Shown one piece after another: positions 1 through 12,946 of a stretch of DNA of 64,000 nucleotides (its first letter is position 1; the number at the start of each line of letters is the position of its first letter). A model generated the notes under the pieces. It was not told the DNA's origin. It made no database searches and was given only the letters and a program-made list of their open reading frames with translations. The stretch comes from Octopus vulgaris (taxonomy: Eukaryota): assembly GCA_951406725.2 (NCBI GenBank), contig OX597815.1, positions 209,746,001 to 209,810,000 on the forward strand. Reading direction: 5' to 3'. The translations under genes were made by a program, and so were the position numbers.

Positions 1-467
1 AACCACCCCAAAATTAAGTTCAGAAGATTGTACAGTTTCTTAGATGTAAACTGTAACGCTTCTAACTCTACCCCTATCGTCAGCGAGAATAGAAAGTATT
101 GAAAATTATATGTGGAAGGAAGGTTTTTCCTGGAGAAAGTCATAAGCGAATTAAACGATATGTCAGGGAGTTGAGCAAGTAGGTAACTATAAATCCTTCA
201 AAGAATTAAGAAAATAAGTTACAGTTGAATATCATAGATAAAAATCATAGTGATGAGGAAATAAAAAAAGCAAGAAGCTTTGTGAGGTGTATACATAAAA
301 TTAAATGCAAATAGAAACTGGAAAAGAACCACCCCAGTATGTCACTCTTCACCGTCGAGCAACTTGTACTTATGAGAAAACAAAATATAAAAATAGAAAA
401 TAAAAAATTTAAGACAATTAAGAATTTGAACTACTTGTTCACGCGAACCAGATTCAGCTGTTGACTG

Positions 468-469
<2 letters not shown>

Positions 470-499
<30 letters not shown>

Positions 500-579
500 T
501 GTATGTATGTATGTATGTATGTATGTATGTATGTATGTATGTATGTATGTATGTATGTATGTATGTATGTATCTATCTG

Positions 580-654
<75 letters not shown>

Positions 655-662
655 ATCTATCT
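470..662. repeat. (ATGT)n followed by (ATCT)n compound microsatellite
   Basis: Directly visible; it explains the ORFs at 461-747. Confidence 0.97.
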
Positions 663-1030
663 GTCTTCCATTCTATTAATCTGTGTTTATATATATGCAT
701 ACATATATGCAAACTCAAACATATGTTTGACTATGTGTTATAACTGATTTTACTGACAAGAAGTACTATAATTTGAATAGAAAATGAATATTTAATTGGG
801 AAGTTCCGTACAAATCTTCAAGTAGTTTTCTTCCTACAAAATTCTCTGAATAAGACTTAGAAACATGTTTGAATATCTCTTAGCGTCATCGCATCTCTCC
901 TCTTAGCGTCCTCTCCTCCTCTCTCTCTCTCTCTCTCTCTCTTACCGTCTCACATGCTCTCGATATACATTCATAGACACACAGGTACATAATACACACA
1001 CATACGTATATTAGTATACATACATACATA

Positions 1031-1104
<74 letters not shown>

Positions 1105-1149
1105 TTCGCTTTTTTATTTGGTTTGCAAGATTCGTGTGTTGAAGTATAT

Positions 1150-1432
1150 TTTATTGTGCCTGAGTGAAGTCATTCACTTTTAGTGCCTTCTTATTAATTT
1201 AACACACTCACCGGTCCGATTTACACTCATTTACTTATTTATTTCTACTGAAATTTTCGTTGCGTCTTGCAACCTTTACAATAGTCGTTGACTCAACGAC
1301 TACTGAAATGGTTTGCCAGACGCAACGAAAATTTCAGTAGAAATAAATAAGTAAATGAGTGGAAATCGGACCGGTGAGTGTGTTAAATTAATTAGACACT
1401 AAAAGAGAATGACTCTCCCCAGATACAATAAT
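1150..1432. repeat. Fold-back inverted repeat (~140-bp arms) between microsatellites
   Basis: The arms are reverse complements around TAGTCGTTGA-C-TCAACGACTA (centre ~1292), e.g. AATTTAACACACTCACCGGTCCGATTT / AAATCGGACCGGTGAGTGTGTTAAATT. Confidence 0.92.
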
Positions 1433-3772
1433 ATATATGAGTATGTATGTATGTATGTATGTATGTATGTATGTATGTATGTATTGGCTGATTAACAGAC
1501 TGACTGAGGGAACAGTAGCATTAAACAACCGTAAACGTCACAGAAGATAGTTCTACGTCTGTTATCATTCTTTTACATTATGGTTTCACTATCTCCAATA
1601 GAGCAGTTAATAATCTCAAGTAGAGCAGCTATTTAGTCACAAAGAATTTTCCAGTAATATCGATTTATCAGAAACATCGTGTAAAAGGAAAAAAAAAGAA
1701 AAAACAAAATAAGCTAGAACAAAGAAAATACCAAAAAGAATATTACGAACCAGTGTGGTGGAGGTAAATTTTCCTACCAATTATTAAATATGTTTTTTGT
1801 TAAATATATCAACTGTGATGAATCCATTTCTTCAAATAAGATAATATGTTCCAACTGAATTGACTACAACCAAAGATATTAGCAATCTATTAAGCAATTT
1901 CTAAATCTGTCAATGGCATTACTGCTCATATTTTATGTCGAGATGGCTAAGTTATTCCCTTTATAAAACATCTGTTGAAGTGGTGAAACTTTGAGCAATA
2001 TTTACAATAAGCAATTAGAAACAGGACCATAACTTCTTTTATAGCTTCACGTACAAACGTCGAAAAATAACTCCACATATTTGACCCACTATGATTTTTT
2101 TATAACATGGTTTCTGTATATGTCACCTTAATGTCGTGCACTAATACAGTGTAATATATAGTACCACAGAACGGGATAGACACCAACTGTCTCCCCTTGA
2201 TGTATTCCCAAATACTCTGCCAACAACTGTACCCAATCCAAAACAACTCTCAACGAACTATAACAACTTCTCAATAAACTCCTGCCTCTAAACGAACTCA
2301 CGAACAGCACCTTTCGACTTCCTGCGATTCCTCATCCCTCCCGCTCTCAGTCAAACACACTGCTATTTACAATATATTTACAATAGTTCGGCTCGTCCAT
2401 TCTCACAGAGGGTGTTATGATTCTTGCCATAACAGAATTGACTCTGTATGTATTTAATATATAAACAGATACTGTCCATGATAGAGTGTGCTATAAGAAA
2501 AAAGCGCAATGAAGCCCACGTAATGAGAAACAGTCTTTCGTGGAGGATAGGCAGAGGATATGAAAACGATAGTGATCGAAAAGGAAAACTACAAGAAACT
2601 GGAAGAAATGTGTGGAGATGGTATTGACCCACCAGGAGGGAGGGTGGAATTCAAAGAATTGCCACCAGAAGTGGATTTAATAGAAATTGAACCATTGATG
2701 AAGTACTACTAAAAAGAAATTAAGTATGTTTATATTGACAGGAAAAAAAGAAAAAAAAAGAAAGAAAAAAAGAAAACGGAAAAAAGAGAAAGAGCCAGGT
2801 GTTTTATGTTATGTTTTCTTTTTAAATATTGAAAAATAGCAGAACAAATGTAGAGGATGTATATAACGGTTCAAATACTTGCAATGGTATGTAACATGAT
2901 AATTAATTGTTATTTAAATACATGATAATAATGGACTGAAAAAAAGGATTAATGGTTCTGCATGTGATGAGGGGCGCATGCAGCCATTCATAATCTCATT
3001 GTTATATAATCATCTCATTCATATTCGTTCTATGTATTGTCCTCTCTGTGGTGTCCTGTCTGTCCCTGTTTGTCCCCCGCTATTTTGGGCCCTTGTGGCT
3101 AATAAAGAAACAGAGAAACAGTCTTTCGTGTGGGAGGAATTGACAGGATCAGAGAATAATGGATACATAGTTCTTCTTTTGAGGGTCTTCGAAACGTTCA
3201 GTCGTAAACCTGTGAGATACCTACAAAACACCAACACTTCCAAAACATACTGAATCCCTATTTGACTAAAACAAATCACTTCTATCCATATAGTAGGAAA
3301 CAAAGCAAAGAATATACAGAAACTATGCATTAATCAGGTATATTAATGCACCAAATCACAATGTAGCTAAAATATTAGATAAAGATCAGTCCTAGCTCGA
3401 ACACAGGAAGGAACTAGCTTCCAAAACAGTATAAGACACGTAGACTGGCTTAACTTTCTTACTCACGCAAATGTGCATGCGTGCTCGCACGCACACGTTT
3501 GTGCACGCAAGCATACGCTTGTGAATGCACGCATGCGCGTGTGCGTGTAAAAGGAAGCTTGAAAGTCAGAAAGACTATGGATCCGCCGGCACATATGAGC
3601 AGCGTAGGAAATGAATGTGACAAGAATAACATGGAAGCAAGTGAAAAGAAAAGCACAGAACAAAATGACAGTTTTTGACTAAATTAGGGAGCCTATATTT
3701 TGTAAGAGATCTGAAAGGGTCAGTATGATGAATCATGATGATGACGACAACAACGAAGACGACGTTCATTCA

Positions 3773-3834
<62 letters not shown>

Positions 3835-4023
3835 TTCAAATATAAGGATAAAATCTTTAAAAAAATTATCAGTGTCCAGAATATTACAAAGTACCTTTAA
3901 AGGTGAAGTTATAAATTCAATTATAAATATGAAAATTTTTTTCTTTTGCCCTTACTTATAATTGTATATACATATATATATATATATATGTTTTTATTTT
4001 GATATATATATATATATAATTAT

Positions 4024-4097
<74 letters not shown>

Positions 4098-4235
4098 CGT
4101 ATATGAACATAGTTACATCTATACGTATATATATATATATATATATATATAATAATAATAAATATTAGGGAATAAATCCAAATTTACAGGGAAAATATCA
4201 GATTTAGGATTAAATCCAATTTTATAGTAAAATAT

Positions 4236-4461
4236 TATATAATATTAATTAGAGACAAAACCACTATTTTGCAAAACAAACAAGGAAAGACTTAATCAAT
4301 ACATAAAATTTTAATAAAATTTTACTTTTTATTTTTTACTTTTTATTAAAATTTTATGTATTGATTAAGTCTTTCCTGTTTTTTTTTACTTTTTATTAAA
4401 ATTTTATGTATTGATTAAGTCTTTCCTTGTTTGTTTTGCAAAATAGTGGTTTTGTCTCTAA

Positions 4462-4470
<9 letters not shown>
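4236..4470. repeat. Fold-back inverted repeat with an internal ~45-bp tandem duplication, between (TA)n tracts
   Basis: TATAATATTAATTAGAGACAAAACCACTATTTTGCAAAACAAACAAGGAAAGAC is mirrored at about 4418-4470. TTTTATTAAAATTTTATGTATTGATTAAGTCTTTCC occurs twice. Confidence 0.9.
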
Positions 4471-4510
<40 letters not shown>

Positions 4511-4878
4511 TATGTGGGCACAGGACATCACGAAACCTGTACAACAAAACATACGAAGTACGAGTACATGGAATATGAACTATTCCTTCATCAGTTGTTG
4601 TCTGTGTTTTCTACTCTCGTATTTCGATCAGTTCACAACAAAATACGCTTTCGATAAATCAGTTGCTCCTGCAAAGCAAATTAAACAAAATTTGCGATTT
4701 TTGTGGAAGGTCAAAATTAGTAACAAAACAGGAGACTGAAAAAAACAGGAAGGACTGCTAAGCCGAAACGAAGTTGTGATAGCGAACGCGTAAATCAAGC
4801 TTGGACAGGAGACAGACAAAAAGACGTCTTCCTTGATCCAGCTACAACGGAAAGAAAGAAACATATATATATATATAT

Positions 4879-5295
4879 ATGGGTCATCCCATAAATGATG
4901 TTCCATCTAATGGCAGTTTTGCAAGGCCCCTCTTCCAAAATTCACTTGGCCGTGACGAAAAATACTCTTCCAGTACTCTATTGACGTCGTCTATAGAATT
5001 CAAATCATTTTGAAGACTGCGGAATAAATGATAACCAGAGGAAGCAATGTCTGTCGAATATGGTGGGTGGGGCATCGTTTCCAATTCAAACTGTTTCAGC
5101 TTTTGGAATGATATCCTCACTGTATGTGGCAGAGCATTATCCGGATATAAGAACAGCTTTTTCGTCTTGGAATGAAAGATGGTCGTTATTCTTCTAGCGC
5201 AGGTGTCGATGAAGGTTTGAATGACAAAATCCAAGCTTTTCTGATAGTTCCTCAATAGTTACAATGGAATTTTGCTCCACCAGGAGTTGCAGGAC
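4879..5295 (-). mobile_element. Degenerate mariner transposase fragment
   Basis: The ORF at 4884-5255 has PDNALPH (HDNARPH-like) and HPPYSTDIASSGYHLFRSLQN (YSPDLAPSDYHLF-like). A TIR remnant GGGTCATCCCATAAAT matches the element at 14591. Confidence 0.88.
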
Positions 5296-5393
5296 ATGTA
5301 TATATGTATATGTGTGTATATCTATCATTCGGCATGGTAAATCCCTAGCAACTACACATTCTTTATTTTCTCTCCTTGTTTCTTTCTGTGTTC

Positions 5394-5429
5394 CTTTCTC
5401 TAGAAGAGCGTAGGCTCGCAACGTTAAAG
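5394..5429 (+). ncRNA. Degenerate minimal hammerhead-like motif in a PLE pLTR-like repeat
   Basis: CTTT-CTCTAGAA-GAGC(gtag)GCTC-GCAA-CG-TT-AAAG: stems I and II and a palindromic stem III are present, but the core is mutated. Confidence 0.4.
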
Positions 5430-5520
5430 ACTTTTTCAATTCCTGAGCGTTATACTAATATGTCTGTTTGTTGTCTACACCACCTGTCTTCGTCTTTTGT
5501 TGTTTTTTTTTGAATTCTCC

Positions 5521-5571
<51 letters not shown>

Positions 5572-5577
<6 letters not shown>

Positions 5578-5673
5578 AATTAATTGGTATATATAAATAT
5601 TTTAATCTTCCTTTTTAATATGTAGACCACTGGTCTTAATTGATAAATATCAATTTCTACCCTTAATTAATTT

Positions 5674-5680
<7 letters not shown>
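5572..5680 (+). mobile_element. Fragment of the 507-bp hammerhead unit family, with a mini fold-back
   Basis: Reverse-complement similarity to about 39935-40042. It begins with the palindrome TATACCAATTAATTGGTATA and is flanked by (TA)n. Confidence 0.8.
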
Positions 5681-5709
<29 letters not shown>

Positions 5710-6187
5710 GTATGTATATTAATAATAGAAACAGTTTCAAAGAAAAAGACTACACGCAGTATAAATAGGGGAAAAGTAATGTGTGTACACACACACACAC
5801 ACACGCACACAACATATATATATACACACACATATGCACACATACATATGTATTTAGATGTGCGTATATGACTATACATTTTAAGAAAAGTAGATGGAAG
5901 CAATTCCATTGCTATTTCAAACATTTAATTTCTCTACACCAGATTCCTTCATTCACTAAAACTTGTCTATCATATAATTAATAATTCTAGATTATATTAA
6001 CTACATTATTCTAATAACTCAATTTTAAAATTTAGTTAAATGTCATAATTGAACTAAATTAATTTCATTGAATATATTTTGGATGTCATTTCCTCAGAAA
6101 CATTTTTGAGATTCTGTTCCCCCATATGATAAGAATATATTATTTTTCGCGCATCGAAACTTAGTGAATACGCACACACACACATAC

Positions 6188-6232
<45 letters not shown>

Positions 6233-6639
6233 TATTTATATTTATATATACGATACCAAATCCGTTAATGAATGCAAAACTTAAAGAAAATGGAAGGGTG
6301 ACAATATTCGAATTATACAATAAACTTCTGACAATCTAGATCATTTGGATTATTAATCCGTTGTTGTAGATTAGAGATGGAATTATTTCAGCTAGTCTTG
6401 AATTATAAACTCACTATAGTATTATCGACAGAGATTTGAATGTATATGTGTATATATTTATGTGCGCGCGTATATATGTGTGCGTATATGTGAATTAATG
6501 TCAACAAAGTTATGAGAGTATTTGGTATATAAATGCTGTAATTAGTGAAAAGTTGTAGGAAATGACATTCATTAGTCTCTTAATGCGATTTACTCTCGAT
6601 GCGGAAATAATAGTTAAGACTTAGTTGTCATTATTATCG

Positions 6640-6732
6640 TCACCACCATCACCGCCACCACCACCATCACCACCACCACCACCACCACCATCACCACCAC
6701 CACCACCACTACCACCATCACCGCCACCACCA
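6640..6732. repeat. (CCA)n imperfect microsatellite
   Basis: Directly visible; it explains the poly-Pro ORF at 6625-7014. Confidence 0.9.
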
Positions 6733-7430
6733 CTATCAACAAGAATAATAACAGCAACAACAATAACAACAATTGAACTGTTGTTCTCTTTCCATCTCCT
6801 TCTCTATACAGATGTTGTCGAAACCGCCGTTATCCTCATCATTATTTTCATCATCAATACCATCATCGTTATCTTCATTATCATCACTTTAATACCTATT
6901 TTACTAAGACATCAAAGGTCGAAGGACTCTGCATACTCCGTGCCATTTATTTTAATATGCTTCAATTTGATAAAACCAATTACCTATCTGTACGTTTTTC
7001 TCACTCTATGTTAGTTCTGCCCGCATTCTGCATACTAAGCTACCGTGCCTTTGGTTTTATACAGCATACATCTCTCTCAACAAGCTATATTTTCCTCTAC
7101 CCACCTACACCAATTAGATTCCTAAATTTATTGCAATAATTTAATTGGAGATTTTATGATTAAATTATGAAGACATGACAGCAGGAGCAAAAGAAGGAAC
7201 TGCCGAGTGGTGGGTACTGATTTCACATGTCTTGCCAGAGTTTAACCATAAAACAATTAATTTCATAGATTATACGTAACTGTTCGTAATAGGTACAAGA
7301 GGTAGTTGCAAAACAGACTTAGAAACATTTTACTTCGAAGGTGTTTTATAACTCATCTACATAATATATTGTAATCCCGTTTTGATTTGAAGGTGTTAAA
7401 TTCTATCTCAATGTTCTCATTATATTTAGC

Positions 7431-7843
7431 AATCCACTAGTATATATAGGATCGATTAGATGATAAGTGCACAAAATTCTCCGTCGCACAGACTCAGGAG
7501 ACGCGATATCCCATTTCAATTCAAAAGACTTCGATTTTCAGTGAGTTTTAATCTTGCCACGCCCATCAGCAAATCACATCGGAAAAACATGTTCGGCTGC
7601 TGGTTAACACCTTGAAGGGCCCTGCGTCATTCATGGTCAGCTTTAATTTGGACGTTACAGAGGAGGAAGTATGAAGTCTTTACACCAAATTGAAAAGCAA
7701 AAACTTCGTTTATGCAGAAATAGGTCCTGATGAAGAAACCAATCCGTCGAGGATGACATTGTCATCCCCGACATGGTGTAAAAAATTAAAATAAAGACAT
7801 TCCGTTGAGGAAATTGTCCGGCAACGACGGGTTACTCACCCAG
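7431..7843 (+). mobile_element. Possible degenerate non-autonomous Helitron
   Basis: Ends in a CCGGCAACGACGGG hairpin followed by CCCAGT (CTAGT-like), resembling the 3' end of the element at 26412. Confidence 0.4.
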
Positions 7844-7926
7844 TGTATGTTTGTATGTGCGTGTGTGTGTGTAAGTGTGTATGTGTTTGTTTGTATAAAA
7901 GTATATATATATATATATATATATAT

Positions 7927-8246
7927 AGTAGAAATATGTTGCGAAAAGAAAATATAAATTACACGTGGAAATGTAAGGGTAAAATATGAAAAATCAACGA
8001 AAATGCATATTGCAGATAGAAAAAGGCTATTTATGACAGGTAGTGACAAATATATACATTTAGATTGACTGAGGTAGTAATACGAGTCATAAAAGTCATT
8101 ATTATGAGATGATTATACATCTTATAATCATCTCATAATATGACTCGTATTACTACCTCAGTCAATCTAAATGTATATATTTGTCCCTACCTGTCATAAA
8201 TAGCCTTTTTCTATCTGCAATATGCATTTTCGTTGATTTTTCATAT
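7927..8246. repeat. Fold-back insert of a TA-anchored repeat family (second copy at 62205-62400)
   Basis: Arms at about 7984-8117 and 8122-8246 are reverse complements. The same sequence recurs at 62205-62400 abutting (TA)n. Confidence 0.92.
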
Positions 8247-8451
8247 AAATATATATAGATGCACAAGTATGCATGTAAATGTGTATGTATATATATATAG
8301 ATGCACAAGTATGCATGTAAATGTGTATGTGTATATATATATATTATATATATATTGTTTCGATTTTTTGTGAATGTATATAGAATAATACATAAGTTGA
8401 ATAAAGTTAAAACAGCCTGGTTCTCACGTTTTTTATTAAGGTATATTAACA

Positions 8452-8487
8452 AAATTAGCGCTTTCACACAGCGTATTTATCAGATTT
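8452..8487 (-). ncRNA. Minimal hammerhead-like motif (PLE type)
   Basis: Minus strand reads AAAT-CTGATAA-ATAC(gct)GTGT-GAAA-GCGC-TA-ATTT, with palindromic stem III AGCGCT and a single core change (G8A). Confidence 0.6.
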
Positions 8488-8569
8488 CAAATGTGTTTGA
8501 CTGACAGTTAAGTTCTTCACAAGTTTAATACGTCTTAGAACTGCCATAAAATATTGGGTCGTGAAAGAT

Positions 8570-9325
8570 AGAGAAGCGATCCCCCACTAGATTTACTCTA
8601 ACCTTCACACCAGACGCGGTCAGCCTCATCCTCAAAAACAATACATTCCTTTTTAATGGAAAAAACTTCTTCCAAATTCGAGGCACAGCTATGGGGACGC
8701 GATTTGCTCCAGTTTTCGCGAACTCAGTACTGGGATACTTGGAACAAAACCTACATAAAAACATAGAAGAGAACTACGGCATGACTTTTAAAGACATATA
8801 GAGGACACATGGAGAAGTTACCTCGATGATTGTTTCCAAATTCGGACCAAATCCCTCAAATATCTGGAAGAATTCAGCCCCCTCCTCAATAATCTACACC
8901 CTAGTCTTAAATTCAAAAGAGAAATGAACATTGCTTGACAAATGGTAATTAAAAACAACACCACAATCACAACTGATATTTATTACAAAAGTGCAGATAC
9001 ACACCAGTACCTACATTTCAAATCATGCCACCCAACACACGCAAAACGCAACATCCCGTACTGTCTAGCCAGGAAAATTTGTACTATAGTCTATGATCTA
9101 TATACCAGAAACACACAACTTATAGAACTCAAAGGATTTCTGCTCGAGCAAAATTACCCTCTCCTACTTATAGAAAAGAGCAAACAACGAGCAAAACAGA
9201 ACAACTTAGAGCAACACGAAAATGACAAACCCATCAAAGGAACACAATACCATTTCTAGTAACTTACAACCTGCCTCACCAAAACGTTTTTAACATCATC
9301 AAAACAAATTTATCAATCATAAAAC
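8570..9325 (+). pseudogene. Penelope-like element reverse transcriptase fragment (frameshifted)
   Basis: Translates to ILKNNTFLFNGKNFFQIRGTAMGTRFAPVFAN, YLDDCF, LNNLHPSLKF, then TDIYYKSADTHQYLHFKSCHPTHAKRNIPYCLARKI. These are characteristic PLE RT and thumb motifs. Confidence 0.92.
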
Positions 9326-9329
9326 AAGG

Positions 9330-9494
9330 GCCACCCATGTCACTCTCTGTGATCGCTGAATCTTCCTGAGGACTACGTTAGGTGTACACGTGTCTGTGGA
9401 GTGCTCAGCCACTTGCACATTAATTTCTTGAGCAAGCTGTTCCATTGATAATATTACCTGGGACCCTCGTCGTCGTAACAGACGAAGTGCTCCT
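9330..9494 (+). mobile_element. 3' part of tRNA-SINE family C
   Basis: Matches the 3' half of 27304-27689 (GTCTGTGGAGTGCTCAGCCACTT...CCCTCGTCGTC). Confidence 0.8.
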
Positions 9495-9724
9495 TGTATA
9501 TATATATATATATATATATATAAAGGATATTTGTTAACTAGTCGTTCAACTCCATTCTTTCATATACTTATAATCGTAAAATAAACATACAAATTTCCGC
9601 ACGAAGACACGTAGTCTATGCCCTAGGGACGTAGCTTCAACCGTGTTCTTTCTGATGTGAATTTGCTACCCAGGTATCGGTTACCTTTCGAATTATCCTT
9701 AATAAGATAATTCATTCAACTACT

Positions 9725-9778
<54 letters not shown>

Positions 9779-11549
9779 TAATCATACTACGATAAAATGT
9801 AGAATTTATTAATATTAGAAATATCAAAAAGAAAAAAGAGAACTATCTCGAAGAGATAATTTTGTTTTCGATCACACTCTTGTTAATAAACTTTGTTTTC
9901 GATCTCGCTAGTGTAAATAAATTTTAAATTAGATCACAGAAATGCGAGTTATACCGTGAAGTGATTTCAAACTGTTGATTTTCTACTCAACATTTGCACA
10001 TGGTTTTGTTGAAAAAGCATTGATAATTTTATAAAAACGAATATTGTTTTCCATTTATTTGTATACATCATTTGCAATATGAGTCCAAGTTACATAATCA
10101 TTTTTGGGTTTCTTTCTTAGGTTCACCACTTATTGGTGAAATCAAAATGTTCAAAGTATCTCATAAAACCTCGCTGTCTTATTATTGCCGAAAACTTCGA
10201 AATCATAAATCAGATCGTTAGTTATCTGTTACATTAATCTTAGTGTATCTATTTCCTGTTACTGCATTATTTTGAGTGGGCGTTGAAACAGAATTTTACA
10301 GGTCATTGACATTGATATCACAAATCAGTGAAGACGGTAATTAAAGCAGCAAATACTTTGTTACTGTTAACTACCAGAGAATTAAATTATCGGTATTAGT
10401 AAAAGAAAAACACACATACAAAAAAAAACCAAAACAAAACAAGAAATGAATATAAATATGGTTAGTCAAGAAAACATCGAGAGCAGTAAACAGAAAGCAA
10501 CAAAACATCGACTACAGAGCAGAATTACCACGATGTCGATAATAATCACGTAAGTAACTTGCTGATTAGTAACGGAGTAGCCATACTAAATTTTTAGGAT
10601 TTTATATCTGAAAGATTTGCCATAAAAAGAAGAAAATGAGAGAAGAAAAAAAAATCTTATTAGTTATTGAAGATGTAGATGAATCTAATTTATAGTCATG
10701 AGATGTTTCTCTGCATTACATTTCTTTAGTCTGAAAGTTGGTGTTTTAAATAATCATAAAATCAATGTTTAATTTGATCATTAAGATATAAACAAAAATT
10801 CAGCAAGGATATATTTATATGATTTGTAAGATCTAATTTTATGTTTAAGAAATGTGTAAGTCAAATTAGGAAATCTGAATTTAATGATAGGACAATCCTG
10901 TTAATAAGATTATTTCATGGTATAATCTTCCGATATTAGGCATTGTATAATGACTTCATAATTAGAAATGAATATTTAGTGAATGAGAGTAGAGTGACAC
11001 GCAGAATGAATACGTGGCGACCTGATGAATTAGAAATCATATATTATATCCACTTGTCCATCACATCTCTCACTAATTATCATATAGTAATATGACCATG
11101 CGCACAGGTACACATATATGCTCAAACACATATATGCTCAAACGCATATATGCACAAACATACAAACATACAGCACTACAATCGCACAAACATACACAAC
11201 CCATATTAAGTACGTGCTGTGCAATTTGTGATTAGGCATATTAGAAATATGGTAACAGTGACAATCAAAATTCTATAAACTTACAAAAACTGCTATTCCC
11301 CCATCACAGATTAACAGAATCATCGTTTCGTTCTTACTTCTTTCCTTTTCCCGAATTTCTCCTCATCCTCAGCAGTAACATTTGAATTGGGGATGTGAGC
11401 ATTTCAACCCACTCTCAGCTTGTTTCTCGAGGGAAAGTGCTGATGCTAGAGATAACAAATCTAGAAAACATCGTCACATTATCCGATAAGATACGACATG
11501 TAAGAAAGACAGAAAGTCCAGGAACAACAATGGTGAAAATAATATTTTA

Positions 11550-12090
11550 CTAGCAGAACCCGTGAATATTTCACGAAATTAATGGTAAACGTATCCAAAT
11601 TAATGATAAGCTTTATTCAAAATACCTGAAAGCGTAGCCTGTGTTGAGTCTGTATCAAAAGATAGTCACCCAACTGCTAATCATTGAAAAGTGAAAGAAA
11701 TTTGAATACGATGATTACTTAATATACTTTATATATATATATATATATATATACTTTATATACTTTATGCAAAATTTAATAGACTTAATACACAACGCAC
11801 ACTCTCTCTCTCACTCTCCACCTTACCTTCTTTTCCTCTCTTTTCTTTTGCTCTTCGCTATTCCCTTAAACTAATCACGTGAAAGCCCCTTATAGAGGGG
11901 TAAGTAACGGGGGAAAAATAAGTAAGCTCAAGAAATTACACATTTCATTCACCACCACCTCTCCTCCCCCCTCCTACTTCTCCCCATCCGTCCAGCCCTC
12001 CCCTTTCTCGCCTCTGTGCCCTTCAACTAATAACGTGGAAGCGTTACGGACGGGCTAAGTAACGGAAGAACAAGCAGAATTATTATAAGA
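11550..12090 (-). mobile_element. Degenerate non-autonomous Helitron-like element
   Basis: The plus strand starts A|CTAG with a CGTGAATATTTCACG hairpin and ends TATTATAAGA (TC start on minus). It contains an internal ~60-bp direct repeat. Confidence 0.5.
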
Positions 12091-12339
12091 CAATATAACC
12101 TAGCATTACATATTGCAGGAAGATCTAATATAGCTTGGAATTCTTTAATTTGACAGATTAATATTTTCCAGAGGAAATTAGACTAAGAAACAACTTTAAT
12201 CTTAATTATTCGACTCAGAAGAAATTTGGTTGTAATACCAAAGTATATAATGCTGCTTGGATGACTGAAACTCATTGGTGAGCATCAAACCGAAACCGAC
12301 GTTGCAAAAGTAGAATTCATAAGAATCACTCATTTACTG

Positions 12340-12475
12340 GTTGTGCGATTAAGAAGCTTACATTGTAACCACGTGATTTCAGATTCGGTTCCGCTGAGCA
12401 ACAGTTCCATTAAGTGTCTTCTACTATAGCCTTGAACCGATCAATGAATTGTGAATTAATTCGGTAGATGGAACG

Positions 12476-12476
<1 letters not shown>
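12340..12476 (+). mobile_element. Diverged tRNA-SINE family A head
   Basis: Similar to the 19350 copy (AAGTGTCTTCTACTATAGCC...GGTAGATGGAA). Confidence 0.7.
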
Positions 12477-12555
<79 letters not shown>

Positions 12556-12666
12556 ACACACAGACACACACACAGACACACACACACAAACATATGCGAT
12601 TATTTGGTAAGCGGTGCCGAATTTTACAATCTGTAACTAATAATTATACTATATGTACGTATATAA

Positions 12667-12946
12667 GGCGGCAAGCTGGTAGAAACGTTAGCACGCCGGG
12701 CGAAATGCGTAGCCGTATTTCGTCTGCCGTTACGTTCTGAGATCAAATTCCGCTGAGGTCGACTTTACCTTTCATCCTTTCGGAGTCGATTAAATAAGTA
12801 CCAGTTACGCACTGGGGTCGATATAATCGACTTAATCCGTTTGTCTGTCCTTGTTTGCCCTCTCTGTATTTAGCCCCTTGTGGGTAGTAAAGAAATAGGT
12901 ATTTCGTTTGTTTTTACGTTCTGAGTTCACATTCCACCGAGGTCGT
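12667..12946 (+). mobile_element. tRNA-SINE family B
   Basis: GGCGGCAAGCTGGTAGAAACGTTAGCACGCCGGGCG head and a B-box-like GAGATCAAATTCC; shared with 42043 and 24500. Confidence 0.88.

Noticed and set aside
4560-4595. Minus-strand CTGATGA followed by a GGAATA/TATTCC hairpin (similar starts at 7727, 11022, 35053, 47671)
   Set aside because: No properly placed GAAA, stem III or stem I follows.
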